A DNA stretch of 64,000 nucleotides from Paraprevotella sp. (lineage in GTDB: Bacteria > Bacteroidota > Bacteroidia > Bacteroidales > Bacteroidaceae). The notes under the pieces are model-generated. The model did no database searches, was not told the origin of the DNA, and was given only the letters and a program-made list of their open reading frames with translations. The stretch covers positions 5,729 to 69,728 of the forward strand of contig JAGBCQ010000011.1 in NCBI GenBank assembly GCA_017937925.1. The letters are read 5' to 3'. Shown here in pieces: positions 20,976 to 29,853 of the stretch (position 1 is its first letter; each line of letters begins with the position of its first letter). A program made the position numbers and the translations under genes.

Positions 20976-21019
20976 AAAAAAAGGCGCCGGGAAACGGACT
21001 GGCCGCTCCCGACGCCTTT
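20976..21019 (-). terminator. Terminator downstream of the T9SS-CTD remnant
   Basis: AAGGCG/CGCCTT and CGGGA/TCCCG stems; A7 reads as a U-tail on the minus strand. Confidence 0.65.
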
Positions 21020-21057
21020 ACATGAAAAACGATTACTGTTTCCTTTGTATTGAACGA

Positions 21058-21198
21058 CTATTTTACCATGTATTTCTTTCCGTTTATGATATAAACACCG
21101 GGCTTCAATCCGTCAAGACTCTCGGCTTGTCGTCTAACCAACCTACCGCTGAGATCGTAAACGTCGTTAGTATACTTAGCATTATCCTTATCAAAATT
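21058..21198 (-). pseudogene. 3' remnant of a T9SS-secreted protein gene (C-terminal signal only)
   Basis: Reads ...DKDNAKYTNDVYDLSGRLVRRQAESLDGLKPGVYIINGKKYMVK*; in-frame TAA at 21199-21201 upstream and no start codon. Confidence 0.8.
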
Positions 21199-21226
21199 TT
21201 AAAATAATGACTAAAGTATATTATAC

Positions 21227-21269
21227 AAAAGAGGCAGACCTCAAGCCATATAGTCCATTAGTCTGCCTC
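21227..21269 (-). terminator. Terminator of 477-aa orphan gene
   Basis: GAGGCAGAC / GTCTGCCTC stem with an adjacent A-run. Confidence 0.55.
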
Positions 21270-21318
21270 ATTTCAATTGAAAATCTATAAATTATATATA
21301 ATTCCGAATTCTTTTATT

Positions 21319-22752
21319 TTAATAATATGTAACTGAAGAAATTTTATTACTTCTATCGGTCCATATATGTCCGAGAGTTTCCTTTTTTAAATTAAAACCA
21401 TATCGATAAAACTCATAACAAGTGCTATAACCTGATGTTCTAACTTTGCGGAAACTCAAACTTATCTCATTTGCATCAGATGCTTCAACAAGAAGTCCCA
21501 TAGGCATACCAACAACAAGTACATCAGAAATCTTTTTCCCTTCGGCATTCAATACGAGGTTTACATATTTTTGTCCATATTTCTGAACTAATTGTTGTTT
21601 CTGTTTCATTGCCTGCGCAGCCTTTTCCTTTTTAGCTCTTTCTTCTGCCTGAATACGTTGAGTATAAGCAATTGACTCTATCTCATCATATTCGCCATTA
21701 ACGTAAATTTTTACATTATTATCCTTATCTATCATCTTTCCATTGCAAATTTTTCCGACTTGTGACAAAGAATCAGCATTGTTAATTATAGAGGCTGTAA
21801 TCACAGCAGCATTGAAATTTCCATAGATTGAGCTTTTTTCATATTCAGGCATTTCGTATTGTAAAGACCCTCCGTAAGCTTCCCCATTGGGATATTCAAT
21901 TCTAAATCCTCCTTGAAAACCAGATTCTTGGTAATCCATCTCAATAGTGCAATCGTTTAACGTCTTTCGGATATATTCTACATAAAAATCACCTTTGTAC
22001 ATAGAATATCTCTTGTAATCACCTTTTTTCTCACGATCCATTATTTTGGCACGAACTGTAGCATAAGCATTATCACTTCTACTTAATGTAATATGATCAC
22101 CATTAGGCCTTTCTATTTTTCCTTCACCCTTTCTATACACACACGATTGTAGGAACAATTCCTTTAAATCTTGAGATAAATCATTTCCATTACGAATATC
22201 TTTATGAGAATATAAACGTTTTAAAGCATCATAACGAACTTTTACATCTGTACCCGAGTCATCCCATACAACCGTTAATACGGTACCATCCAATGTTGTA
22301 AAAGTTAGGTTTCCGGTGTTATCGACACCCTTCTGTTGATACTCAAACACTATAAGATCAGGGTATGTTTTACGTATTTTTTTAAAATTACCATCAACTA
22401 ATTCAAGAATATCATTTGCTTTCATTTCCTCATATTTTGCCGCCCTTTCTTCTTCGGACATATCTAACGCAGGGTTCTTGGGGAACCAATCCATGCCTGC
22501 AGCTAAAGTTGAGAAATCAGGATTTTTATTTACTTCTTGCTGTTGTGTACTATAACTATTATAGGTACTTCGTGTGCTCGAGGTATTGGAACGATTATAT
22601 GAGCTACTATTACTTCGCGAGGAGTTATTCCTACTGTATTCATTAAATGAATTCCCTAATTTTTTCCAAAAACTTTGGGCTGATACCGACTGAATAGACA
22701 TACACATTGTGACAAAAACCATTATCACACTTCTACTTAATTTTGTTTTCAT
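21319..22752 (-). CDS. Hypothetical exported protein, AT-rich
   Basis: 477-aa ORF; signal peptide ending VSA-Q; Ser/Asn-rich linker; coiled stretch near the C-terminus; no recognised family. Confidence 0.8.
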   Translation of the reverse strand: MKTKLSRSVIMVFVTMCMSIQSVSAQSFWKKLGNSFNEYSRNNSSRSNSSSYNRSNTSSTRSTYNSYSTQQQEVNKNPDFSTLAAGMDWFPKNPALDMSEEERAAKYEEMKANDILELVDGNFKKIRKTYPDLIVFEYQQKGVDNTGNLTFTTLDGTVLTVVWDDSGTDVKVRYDALKRLYSHKDIRNGNDLSQDLKELFLQSCVYRKGEGKIERPNGDHITLSRSDNAYATVRAKIMDREKKGDYKRYSMYKGDFYVEYIRKTLNDCTIEMDYQESGFQGGFRIEYPNGEAYGGSLQYEMPEYEKSSIYGNFNAAVITASIINNADSLSQVGKICNGKMIDKDNNVKIYVNGEYDEIESIAYTQRIQAEERAKKEKAAQAMKQKQQLVQKYGQKYVNLVLNAEGKKISDVLVVGMPMGLLVEASDANEISLSFRKVRTSGYSTCYEFYRYGFNLKKETLGHIWTDRSNKISSVTYY

Positions 22753-23149
22753 AACATTCTTTTTTAAAAATTTAATTAATAAACTATTATTCTCTTCATA
22801 TTACTATTGATTTAAAGTTCTATATTTTTAAATATTGGTGTCCGACAATAATTTATTTTAGGTTCATACCTACTTCCTTTCAAGCGTTTCAGCGTTCTCC
22901 TTATTTTTCTATTTTTCACAATTTATTGCAATGATTTCTTTACTACACTATAGAATTTATATTTATCAGTCCAATTCTTGATGAGTCTGCCCTGTGTTTT
23001 TCCTCCTCACGCCACAAAAATATACTAAAAGTTTTGAAAAGTCCTTGTCCTTTTTGCCCTTGTTGGGTGTCGGCTCGATTTTCTTTATTTTTCCCTTATT
23101 TATTCTATAATTATTGCTTACTTTTGCGCATCAAACTTTAAAACAGACC

Positions 23150-23731
23150 ATGGATAAAACCGAAATATATTGTGAAAGACTTCGTGGGGCAGTGGCTGAA
23201 CGCATGGAACGCGACATTTGCGGACACAACGATTTCATACTGCTGTCCGAGAGAATTGAGGCGGAGAAAATTGACGTCATCAGTCCTACCACCCTCAAAC
23301 GTTTTTGGGGATACTTTAAAGAAGAGCATCCCACACCTCAGATGCGAACGCTCAATGTCTTGTCTAAATTCATCGGATATAAAGACTTCCAAAGTTTCTC
23401 CGAACATCAGGACCACTTAGACAATTATTCGAGTGAGTTCGTAAAACACAACACGCAACACTGCTTCCTGATGCAACCGAACGAACGAATTGAAATCAAC
23501 TGGTATCCCAAACGCAAAATCGTCCTTAAACATGAGGGCGACAACGACTTGTTCCAGGTAGTAGAATCCCAAAACAGCAAATTGGAAGTGGGCATGATTG
23601 TTCATTGCGAGTTGTTCACCATGAACCAACCCTTGTGGCTGAAGAACATAAAAGGCGGACAAATACAAGAAGCATGCGACTACGTCTGCGGTAAAGTGGG
23701 TGGCATCAATTTCCGACTTTTAGGTGAATAA
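23150..23731 (+). CDS. Hypothetical protein with N-terminal HTH-like domain (putative regulator)
   Basis: ISPTTLKRFWGY...TLNVLSKFIGY resembles an XRE-like helix-turn-helix; beta-rich C-domain; TACTTTTG promoter at 23119-23126 supports ATG 23150. Confidence 0.65.
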   Translation: MDKTEIYCERLRGAVAERMERDICGHNDFILLSERIEAEKIDVISPTTLKRFWGYFKEEHPTPQMRTLNVLSKFIGYKDFQSFSEHQDHLDNYSSEFVKHNTQHCFLMQPNERIEINWYPKRKIVLKHEGDNDLFQVVESQNSKLEVGMIVHCELFTMNQPLWLKNIKGGQIQEACDYVCGKVGGINFRLLGE

Positions 23732-23761
23732 AACAACCTACCAAGCTAATAACCAACATCA

Positions 23762-25327
23762 ATGAGTACGTCAGAATTTATAAATAAGAAGAACGACACG
23801 AAGTCGGTCACATCCGTTGTGGTCATCAAAAATAAGAAAAGATTCAAGAAACAACTGAATCAGACCTATAAAGACAGTTTGCGCCATAGGAATGCCATGT
23901 ACAAGGAGTTTGAGATTGGAAATGGCATCCATTGTCCTTACATCGTGGAATACATCAGCATCAATGAGGACGAAAACGGACTTTACATACTGATGGAACA
24001 CATCAACGGCATGAACATCGCCGAAAAAATGGCAATGGAGCCGGAATACTTCAGCAACCACCGACACACCGAAAAGATGTTGCGCCAACTGCTGACGGCA
24101 CTTAAAGCATTGCACGAACATAACATCGCCTATCTTGACTTGAAACCGGAGAACGTGATGCTGACTCAAATCAGCAACGACGTGCGACTGGTTGACCTTG
24201 GCGGCTGTTTTACGGACTACAACGACTATACAGCTGAACGTACTCAATCATTCGTCGCCCCGGAACTCTCCAACGACGAATTGGAGAAGGTGGATGCCAG
24301 AACCGACATATACGGGATAGGCAAGTTATTGCAATATATCGAAGAAAAAAGTGGTATCCCACTGCCGAAACACTTGAGCCTTATCAAGGAACGTTGCCTG
24401 AACGAGGACAAGAAAAAGCGCTTCGAGACCACCGACGAGATTGAACAGATATTGAGACGCCGAAACAGAACCATTATGGGTGCAACCACCGGCATCGCAC
24501 TGCTTGTTTTGATTGGCATCGGATGGTGGATGTTTGTCGGCACAAAATATCACAAGTTACTCATGCTCAATCTGAACACCGACGCAAAGATTGAAGGTAT
24601 CCACTACAAAATAATATCAGAAACCGACAAAACATGTATGGTGATTGGTCAAACTGACTCTTCCAACCTATACCTTCAGGAGCAACCCAATATTGACGGA
24701 CAAAAATATACGACTATAGAAATTGCAAACTCTGCCTTTTACGACTGCTCGGAAGTAACCAGCGTATTCCTACCGCAAAGCCTACGCAGGATTGGCGAAC
24801 ACGCATTTTACAATTGTAGCAACATGGCTTCAGCAACCATCCCAAACGGCATCACCACGATAGAGCGTAAAAGTTTCAAAGGCAGTGGCGTCACTTACCT
24901 AAAACTTCCCAGCACCCTCAAAACGATAGGACATGCTGCCTTTGCGCGGTGTAGAAGACTGAAGCAGGTAGTCGTGCCGGAAGGGACAGAAACATTGGGA
25001 TTGGATGCCTTTGCCAACTGCGACAATCTGGTAAGTATCCAGCTGCCGTCCACCCTAAAGACCATCAGCAGAGGCGTGTTCTGGATGTGTTTTGAACTGC
25101 AAGAGATAACCATACCTGCCGGCGTGACAACCATCGGCGAATACGTATTCTTCGATTGTTACAATTTGAGACATATTTACAACTATGCTCCCGAACCGCA
25201 AAGTCTATCTGCTATCATCCGTCGCGGGCAGCTTCAGTATGTGACCGTTCATGTACCCGCTGCTTCGGTGGAGAAATACCGCAACGCACATCATTGGAAG
25301 GATATGATTATCGTGGGCGACTTGTAA
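23762..25327 (+). CDS. Ser/Thr protein kinase with one TM helix and BspA-type (LRR_5) leucine-rich repeats
   Basis: KEFE, YLDLKPEN, DLG, FVAPE and RTDIYGIG motifs; RRRNR then hydrophobic helix; about 7 'IPxxxxxIGxxAFxxCxxL' repeats; VPAASVEKYR cap. Confidence 0.88.
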   Translation: MSTSEFINKKNDTKSVTSVVVIKNKKRFKKQLNQTYKDSLRHRNAMYKEFEIGNGIHCPYIVEYISINEDENGLYILMEHINGMNIAEKMAMEPEYFSNHRHTEKMLRQLLTALKALHEHNIAYLDLKPENVMLTQISNDVRLVDLGGCFTDYNDYTAERTQSFVAPELSNDELEKVDARTDIYGIGKLLQYIEEKSGIPLPKHLSLIKERCLNEDKKKRFETTDEIEQILRRRNRTIMGATTGIALLVLIGIGWWMFVGTKYHKLLMLNLNTDAKIEGIHYKIISETDKTCMVIGQTDSSNLYLQEQPNIDGQKYTTIEIANSAFYDCSEVTSVFLPQSLRRIGEHAFYNCSNMASATIPNGITTIERKSFKGSGVTYLKLPSTLKTIGHAAFARCRRLKQVVVPEGTETLGLDAFANCDNLVSIQLPSTLKTISRGVFWMCFELQEITIPAGVTTIGEYVFFDCYNLRHIYNYAPEPQSLSAIIRRGQLQYVTVHVPAASVEKYRNAHHWKDMIIVGDL

Positions 25328-25340
25328 GTTCTTGCCTTCA

Positions 25341-26621
25341 TTACACCTTCAGGCGCAGAACATCCTCAATTCTCGTCGTGTAGCAGGGGGATTCGTATTG
25401 GTGATCAGCGACGAACACTTTAGTACTGCCCATGGTGGCCACCTTAACGGTGTTACGTCCATTCTTACGGTTGATTGAATCCACCGCCTTAATCAAGGCT
25501 TGTTGTTTCCCTCTGTCCACATCGTCGAAAAGAACGGTTTGCACAGCGGAAGAGGAGGTTAAATCCCACACCACGACACCGGCTTTTTTATAACTGTAAC
25601 GTCCCGTACCAAAGTCCTCACGCAGACATTGCAATACGGCATGAGCAATCTCTGCCGTATCATTGGTGGGAACTCGAAGTTTGAGATGACGCTGAATGAT
25701 ATTGCCGGGTTGGTCTGTCCGAAAACGTGAGGTATAGGCAAAAAACAGGATTTGACTGCAATGTGTATTTTGCTCACGCAACTTCCGAGCGCACTCCGAT
25801 GCGAAATAAGCCACGATTTCTTCCAATGTCCTTAAGTCGGTGATACCCTGACCGGGAAAACTACGACTCACGCAGATGCTTTTTCGATAGGGCAGGTCGT
25901 CCAACTTGATACAACTATCGCCTTGCAACTCACGCCATGTGCGTAACGCCACGACATTGAATTCGCGTCGCACCCACGACTCGGAACGACAGACAAAGTC
26001 CCATGCAGTGCGGACACCATGATATTCCATGGTACGCAACATTTTTCGTCCGATGCCCCACACATCAGCCACAGGGAATTGCTTCAGTGCCTTTTCACGC
26101 TGACTGTCGGTCTCTATCACACATACGCCTTCATAACCCGGATAGGACTTGGCATACTTGCTTGCCATCTTCGCCAACGTCTTGGTGGCAGCCACCCCTA
26201 AAGAGACGGGAATACCAATGCCTTTTTTGATGTCACGCACCATCCTTTTACCGTGTGCTCGCACGGCATCGGCATCACCCAAACCGGACAGGTCGAGGAT
26301 GGCCTCATCGACACTGTAGATATCCAAACGGGGTGTATAGGCGGACAACATTGACATGACACGACGACTCATATCACCATACAAGGCATAGTTGCTTGAA
26401 AAAACTGCGACATCGTTGTCCTTTATGAAATCGCGAATTTTAAAGAATGGTTCGCCCATCTTTATGCCTAACGCCTTGCTTTCGTTGCTGCGCGATATGA
26501 CACAACCATCGTTATTGGAGAGTACTACAACCGGTTTGTCACGCAAATCGGGGCGAAACACCCGCTCACATGACACAAAGAAGTTATTACAATCCGCCAA
26601 TCCGAAGATTTCGCCACTCAT
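25341..26621 (-). CDS. umuC: Y-family DNA polymerase V catalytic subunit
   Basis: DCNNFFVSCE, LSNNDGC, SSNYALYGDMS and YSVDE motifs; C-terminal SPCYTT. Confidence 0.95.
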   Translation of the reverse strand: MSGEIFGLADCNNFFVSCERVFRPDLRDKPVVVLSNNDGCVISRSNESKALGIKMGEPFFKIRDFIKDNDVAVFSSNYALYGDMSRRVMSMLSAYTPRLDIYSVDEAILDLSGLGDADAVRAHGKRMVRDIKKGIGIPVSLGVAATKTLAKMASKYAKSYPGYEGVCVIETDSQREKALKQFPVADVWGIGRKMLRTMEYHGVRTAWDFVCRSESWVRREFNVVALRTWRELQGDSCIKLDDLPYRKSICVSRSFPGQGITDLRTLEEIVAYFASECARKLREQNTHCSQILFFAYTSRFRTDQPGNIIQRHLKLRVPTNDTAEIAHAVLQCLREDFGTGRYSYKKAGVVVWDLTSSSAVQTVLFDDVDRGKQQALIKAVDSINRKNGRNTVKVATMGSTKVFVADHQYESPCYTTRIEDVLRLKV

Positions 26622-27064
26622 TATTTATATAGCTTTTTGATGACGTAAGTCACGACACCCCACACCATAAAATCATTCTCCTGCGTCAGTTTTATCGGCC
26701 GGTACGCATCATTGGCAGGCAATAACCATGCACACTGAGAGGCCTCATCAATACGAAATTGCTTCAGCGTGAACTCGCCATCGATACAAGCAACGACATA
26801 GTCGCCTGTCCGAGCATCTAATGCTTTGTCAATGACCACCAAATCACCGTCGTCGATGCCGGCTCCAGCCATCGAGTCGCCGAAAACACGGGCATAGAAC
26901 GTGGATTCCTGATGACGCACCAACTCCTTATTCAAGTCTATACCTTCCGACAAATGTTCCTGTGCCGGAGAGGGGAATCCTGCCCGTACCCCATCGTCGG
27001 AATAGGGTACGTTCAATGACGTCGAGGCATCAACATTGCTGAGTTCTAATCTTGTTTCATCCAT
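26621..27064 (-). CDS. umuD: DNA polymerase V subunit UmuD (S24 peptidase)
   Basis: AGFPSPA self-cleavage site, GDSM (Ser) and FTLK (Lys). Confidence 0.95.
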   Translation of the reverse strand: MDETRLELSNVDASTSLNVPYSDDGVRAGFPSPAQEHLSEGIDLNKELVRHQESTFYARVFGDSMAGAGIDDGDLVVIDKALDARTGDYVVACIDGEFTLKQFRIDEASQCAWLLPANDAYRPIKLTQENDFMVWGVVTYVIKKLYK

Positions 27065-27068
27065 GATT

Positions 27069-29714
27069 CTATTCGGGTATCACTTCCTGCATATAAATCG
27101 CTGCCAAACTCCATGTTGCGGCATCGTTGGTACAAACCACCGGGTTCTCAATCATAGGCGCAGGGACTTCAGGCACCGAGAGGGTTTTTACTTCAAAAGG
27201 GTGGTTATTATGACAGATGGACCATAACTCATCCCACGCCTCGCGCGCCCACTCCTTACGTCCGGTCATTGCCGCCGCATAAGCCTTCAATCTTGTCACG
27301 GGGAACCTGTTGCGGGTGATTGTCGCAGCCTTTTCCTTATAGTCGATGGCGTGTTGCAACCACACATGATTCCACTGTGGGACATCCACCATCTGCATCA
27401 TCTCATTCATCACTTGAAAACCTCCCATGATAGCCAACAAATGATTGGTGTGTTGCAAATTCTTGTCGCCTTCATAGCTCAATACTCCTGTGGCAGGGTC
27501 GAATCCTAACACACCGGGACCGGTGAAAATGCCATTGGGCAGGGCGGCAATACTCTTCATGCCCACTATGATTTTGTCACGATATGCCTTATTGCCGGTA
27601 CGTTCCCATTCGGTCATCCAATTGCCGGCATAAGCCAACCAGTCGGGACCAACCCGCAGACGTGCCGGAGCAGTACAAGGATACTGACTCCTTGGTAATG
27701 CCAAACGCATGGGGTCTATCGTATAGAGCATTTGTTCGGCGTCCTTCACTTCACTCATCAAATCGCCACTACGCTCGTCCGTTGTCAAATAATAATAAAA
27801 ACGATTCCATGCTGCCTGACTGATGCGCGCTTCTTTAGCTCCACAGCCCCAATGACTGACGTTGTGACGGGAACCTAATCCGGCATAAGGACCGAGATGA
27901 TACACATCGCACTCACCGGTGTGACGGCTCATGGCTTCTGCCAACTTCCACAAGTCGGCCCTGCCGGTACGCAAAAAACTATACCACAGCCACATATTGG
28001 TGGCGAGTTCGGTGTTATCCCATGCATAGCCACCGACATCGTACTTCCATTCGTGACGAACAGGGTCGTAAGTATGCATAAAATCGCCATAATTCCAGAA
28101 ACCATACCACTTGTGTTGTTCTACCAGCGTCAGATAATAACGGATGTAATCCTCTAACCTATCCTCTACCTTTGCCCGCTTATCGGTACTACGATCGGGC
28201 AAGCTCCATACACCGAACGCTTGTTTGGCATGAAGGTATTCGGGAGTGCACATCAACGGCACGGACTCCGACATACTGCGCGCACAAGCAGCCACTTCCG
28301 CTTTTCCACCATATTTTTTCTGAGGCAGGAGTGTCAAGGTGTGTGTACGGGCTACTCCGTAAGGCGTACTCATGCCCTCTTGCACATCCTCATAACTTGC
28401 CTCCAAATCGTGTGCCTCGTAATCATAATGTCGCAAGTCCATCGCCGGTGCATCGGGACTCCACATCCACACTGTCAGGAGTGCTTTATCACTACACGCA
28501 CTGTCTATTTGCAATGCAGTGGGATAACTTTGCCAAAAGTCGGACAAACAAACACCTAGACCGCCGCTCACGTCACCGACGAAGACATAACCCGGCGCAC
28601 GACTGCCTGAGAAAGTACCAATCCAAGGACGACCCACATGGGTACGCTTACGAATGGTAAAAGCGTCGGGGGTCGTTTGACTCAAGCGATAACCGTTCCA
28701 GCCTGCCCAATGCTTGAGTAAGTTTTGGTTCTTGGCATCGAAACGATTCGCTTCGGGAATACGTTCGCCACGCATTTGTCGGTGTTGCCAACTCTTATCG
28801 CCTTCCAACGTCAATACTCTGCGACCGGAAAGAGGTTGTACCGGTTCCGACCATACTCCGCCATCGGACGTCGCGAAAGCGACATGACGGTTGTACAATG
28901 CCTCACGCATCGGTACTTCAAAACGAATGCCTAACGAATGAATAAAGTCTTTATCCATATCACCGTCGTACACGAAGCTATGCACCATTTTTATCCGGTT
29001 GCTCCCGGCATAGAGATACAAACGAACGGTAAAAGGCAGCCAACTACGGCTATTATTATCCATTCCATCGTAATATTTCCCTTCCAAACGCACCAAAGTA
29101 CGCACATGGCCTTGTCGCTCCAGTGTAACCGTTTCCACCCTACCGCAATATTCTGTATATGCAATCGTTTTCCCCTCTTCCGATTCTGGGTGATTTTGCG
29201 TCGTACAATGCAGTCGCGCACTCTCTCCGACCTTATTCCCGGACAAACACAAACTATCCATCAAGGAACCATTCTGTTTAGAGATATATACGCTCAATTC
29301 CTCGTTAGAAATCACCCACTGATTGGAAGTTTCCCTTACGCTGATGCCACTTGTGAGGGTCTCTTTTTGAAGTTCCTTCTTTGTGCGGGTCTCAAATCGT
29401 AAAGTTCCATATTCGGGTTGAGCGACGACCGCCATCCCTGCCCATTTTACCGAACCATCCTGCCAATATGCCATCGGCCAATAGTCGGAAGGCACTCGCT
29501 CGCCATTCTCATTCAAGAGTACAACACCCCCGTCGGGCTTTAGTTCTCCTTTAGCAAAGGGGATTCCAAAACTTACAGGATGCTCCGTTGTCGGCGGAGT
29601 TCCAACCCAACGCAACGCACTACTCACTTTTTTTGCTTTTGACGGCATTACGGGCACGGCAAAAAGCAAAAGACACAAAAAAGAAACTATTGCTTTCATA
29701 TTAACTCTATTCAT
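27069..29714 (-). CDS. Exo-rhamnogalacturonan lyase (PL26 / YetA-like)
   Basis: Signal peptide; WQDGSVKW, WYGFWNYGDFMH, AWDNTEL and GLGSRHNVSHWGCGAKEAR motifs. Confidence 0.8.
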   Translation of the reverse strand: MNRVNMKAIVSFLCLLLFAVPVMPSKAKKVSSALRWVGTPPTTEHPVSFGIPFAKGELKPDGGVVLLNENGERVPSDYWPMAYWQDGSVKWAGMAVVAQPEYGTLRFETRTKKELQKETLTSGISVRETSNQWVISNEELSVYISKQNGSLMDSLCLSGNKVGESARLHCTTQNHPESEEGKTIAYTEYCGRVETVTLERQGHVRTLVRLEGKYYDGMDNNSRSWLPFTVRLYLYAGSNRIKMVHSFVYDGDMDKDFIHSLGIRFEVPMREALYNRHVAFATSDGGVWSEPVQPLSGRRVLTLEGDKSWQHRQMRGERIPEANRFDAKNQNLLKHWAGWNGYRLSQTTPDAFTIRKRTHVGRPWIGTFSGSRAPGYVFVGDVSGGLGVCLSDFWQSYPTALQIDSACSDKALLTVWMWSPDAPAMDLRHYDYEAHDLEASYEDVQEGMSTPYGVARTHTLTLLPQKKYGGKAEVAACARSMSESVPLMCTPEYLHAKQAFGVWSLPDRSTDKRAKVEDRLEDYIRYYLTLVEQHKWYGFWNYGDFMHTYDPVRHEWKYDVGGYAWDNTELATNMWLWYSFLRTGRADLWKLAEAMSRHTGECDVYHLGPYAGLGSRHNVSHWGCGAKEARISQAAWNRFYYYLTTDERSGDLMSEVKDAEQMLYTIDPMRLALPRSQYPCTAPARLRVGPDWLAYAGNWMTEWERTGNKAYRDKIIVGMKSIAALPNGIFTGPGVLGFDPATGVLSYEGDKNLQHTNHLLAIMGGFQVMNEMMQMVDVPQWNHVWLQHAIDYKEKAATITRNRFPVTRLKAYAAAMTGRKEWAREAWDELWSICHNNHPFEVKTLSVPEVPAPMIENPVVCTNDAATWSLAAIYMQEVIPE

Positions 29715-29853
29715 TGATACAAAAATCCGAATATCTTATGACAAATCCAACCATATCATAGGAAAAAGTTATTTTTATTTTAATTGCGACTTCATATTTG
29801 CAAATAATCTTTATCTTTGCCTTATCAGTATAATCATTTAACCTTAAAACATC

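Noticed and set aside
21252-22991. AGTCCA...AGTCTGCC on both sides of the 477-aa gene as cassette recombination sites
   Set aside because: Spacing differs (2 vs 10 bp), and AGTCTGCC also occurs in the asd terminator; too weak
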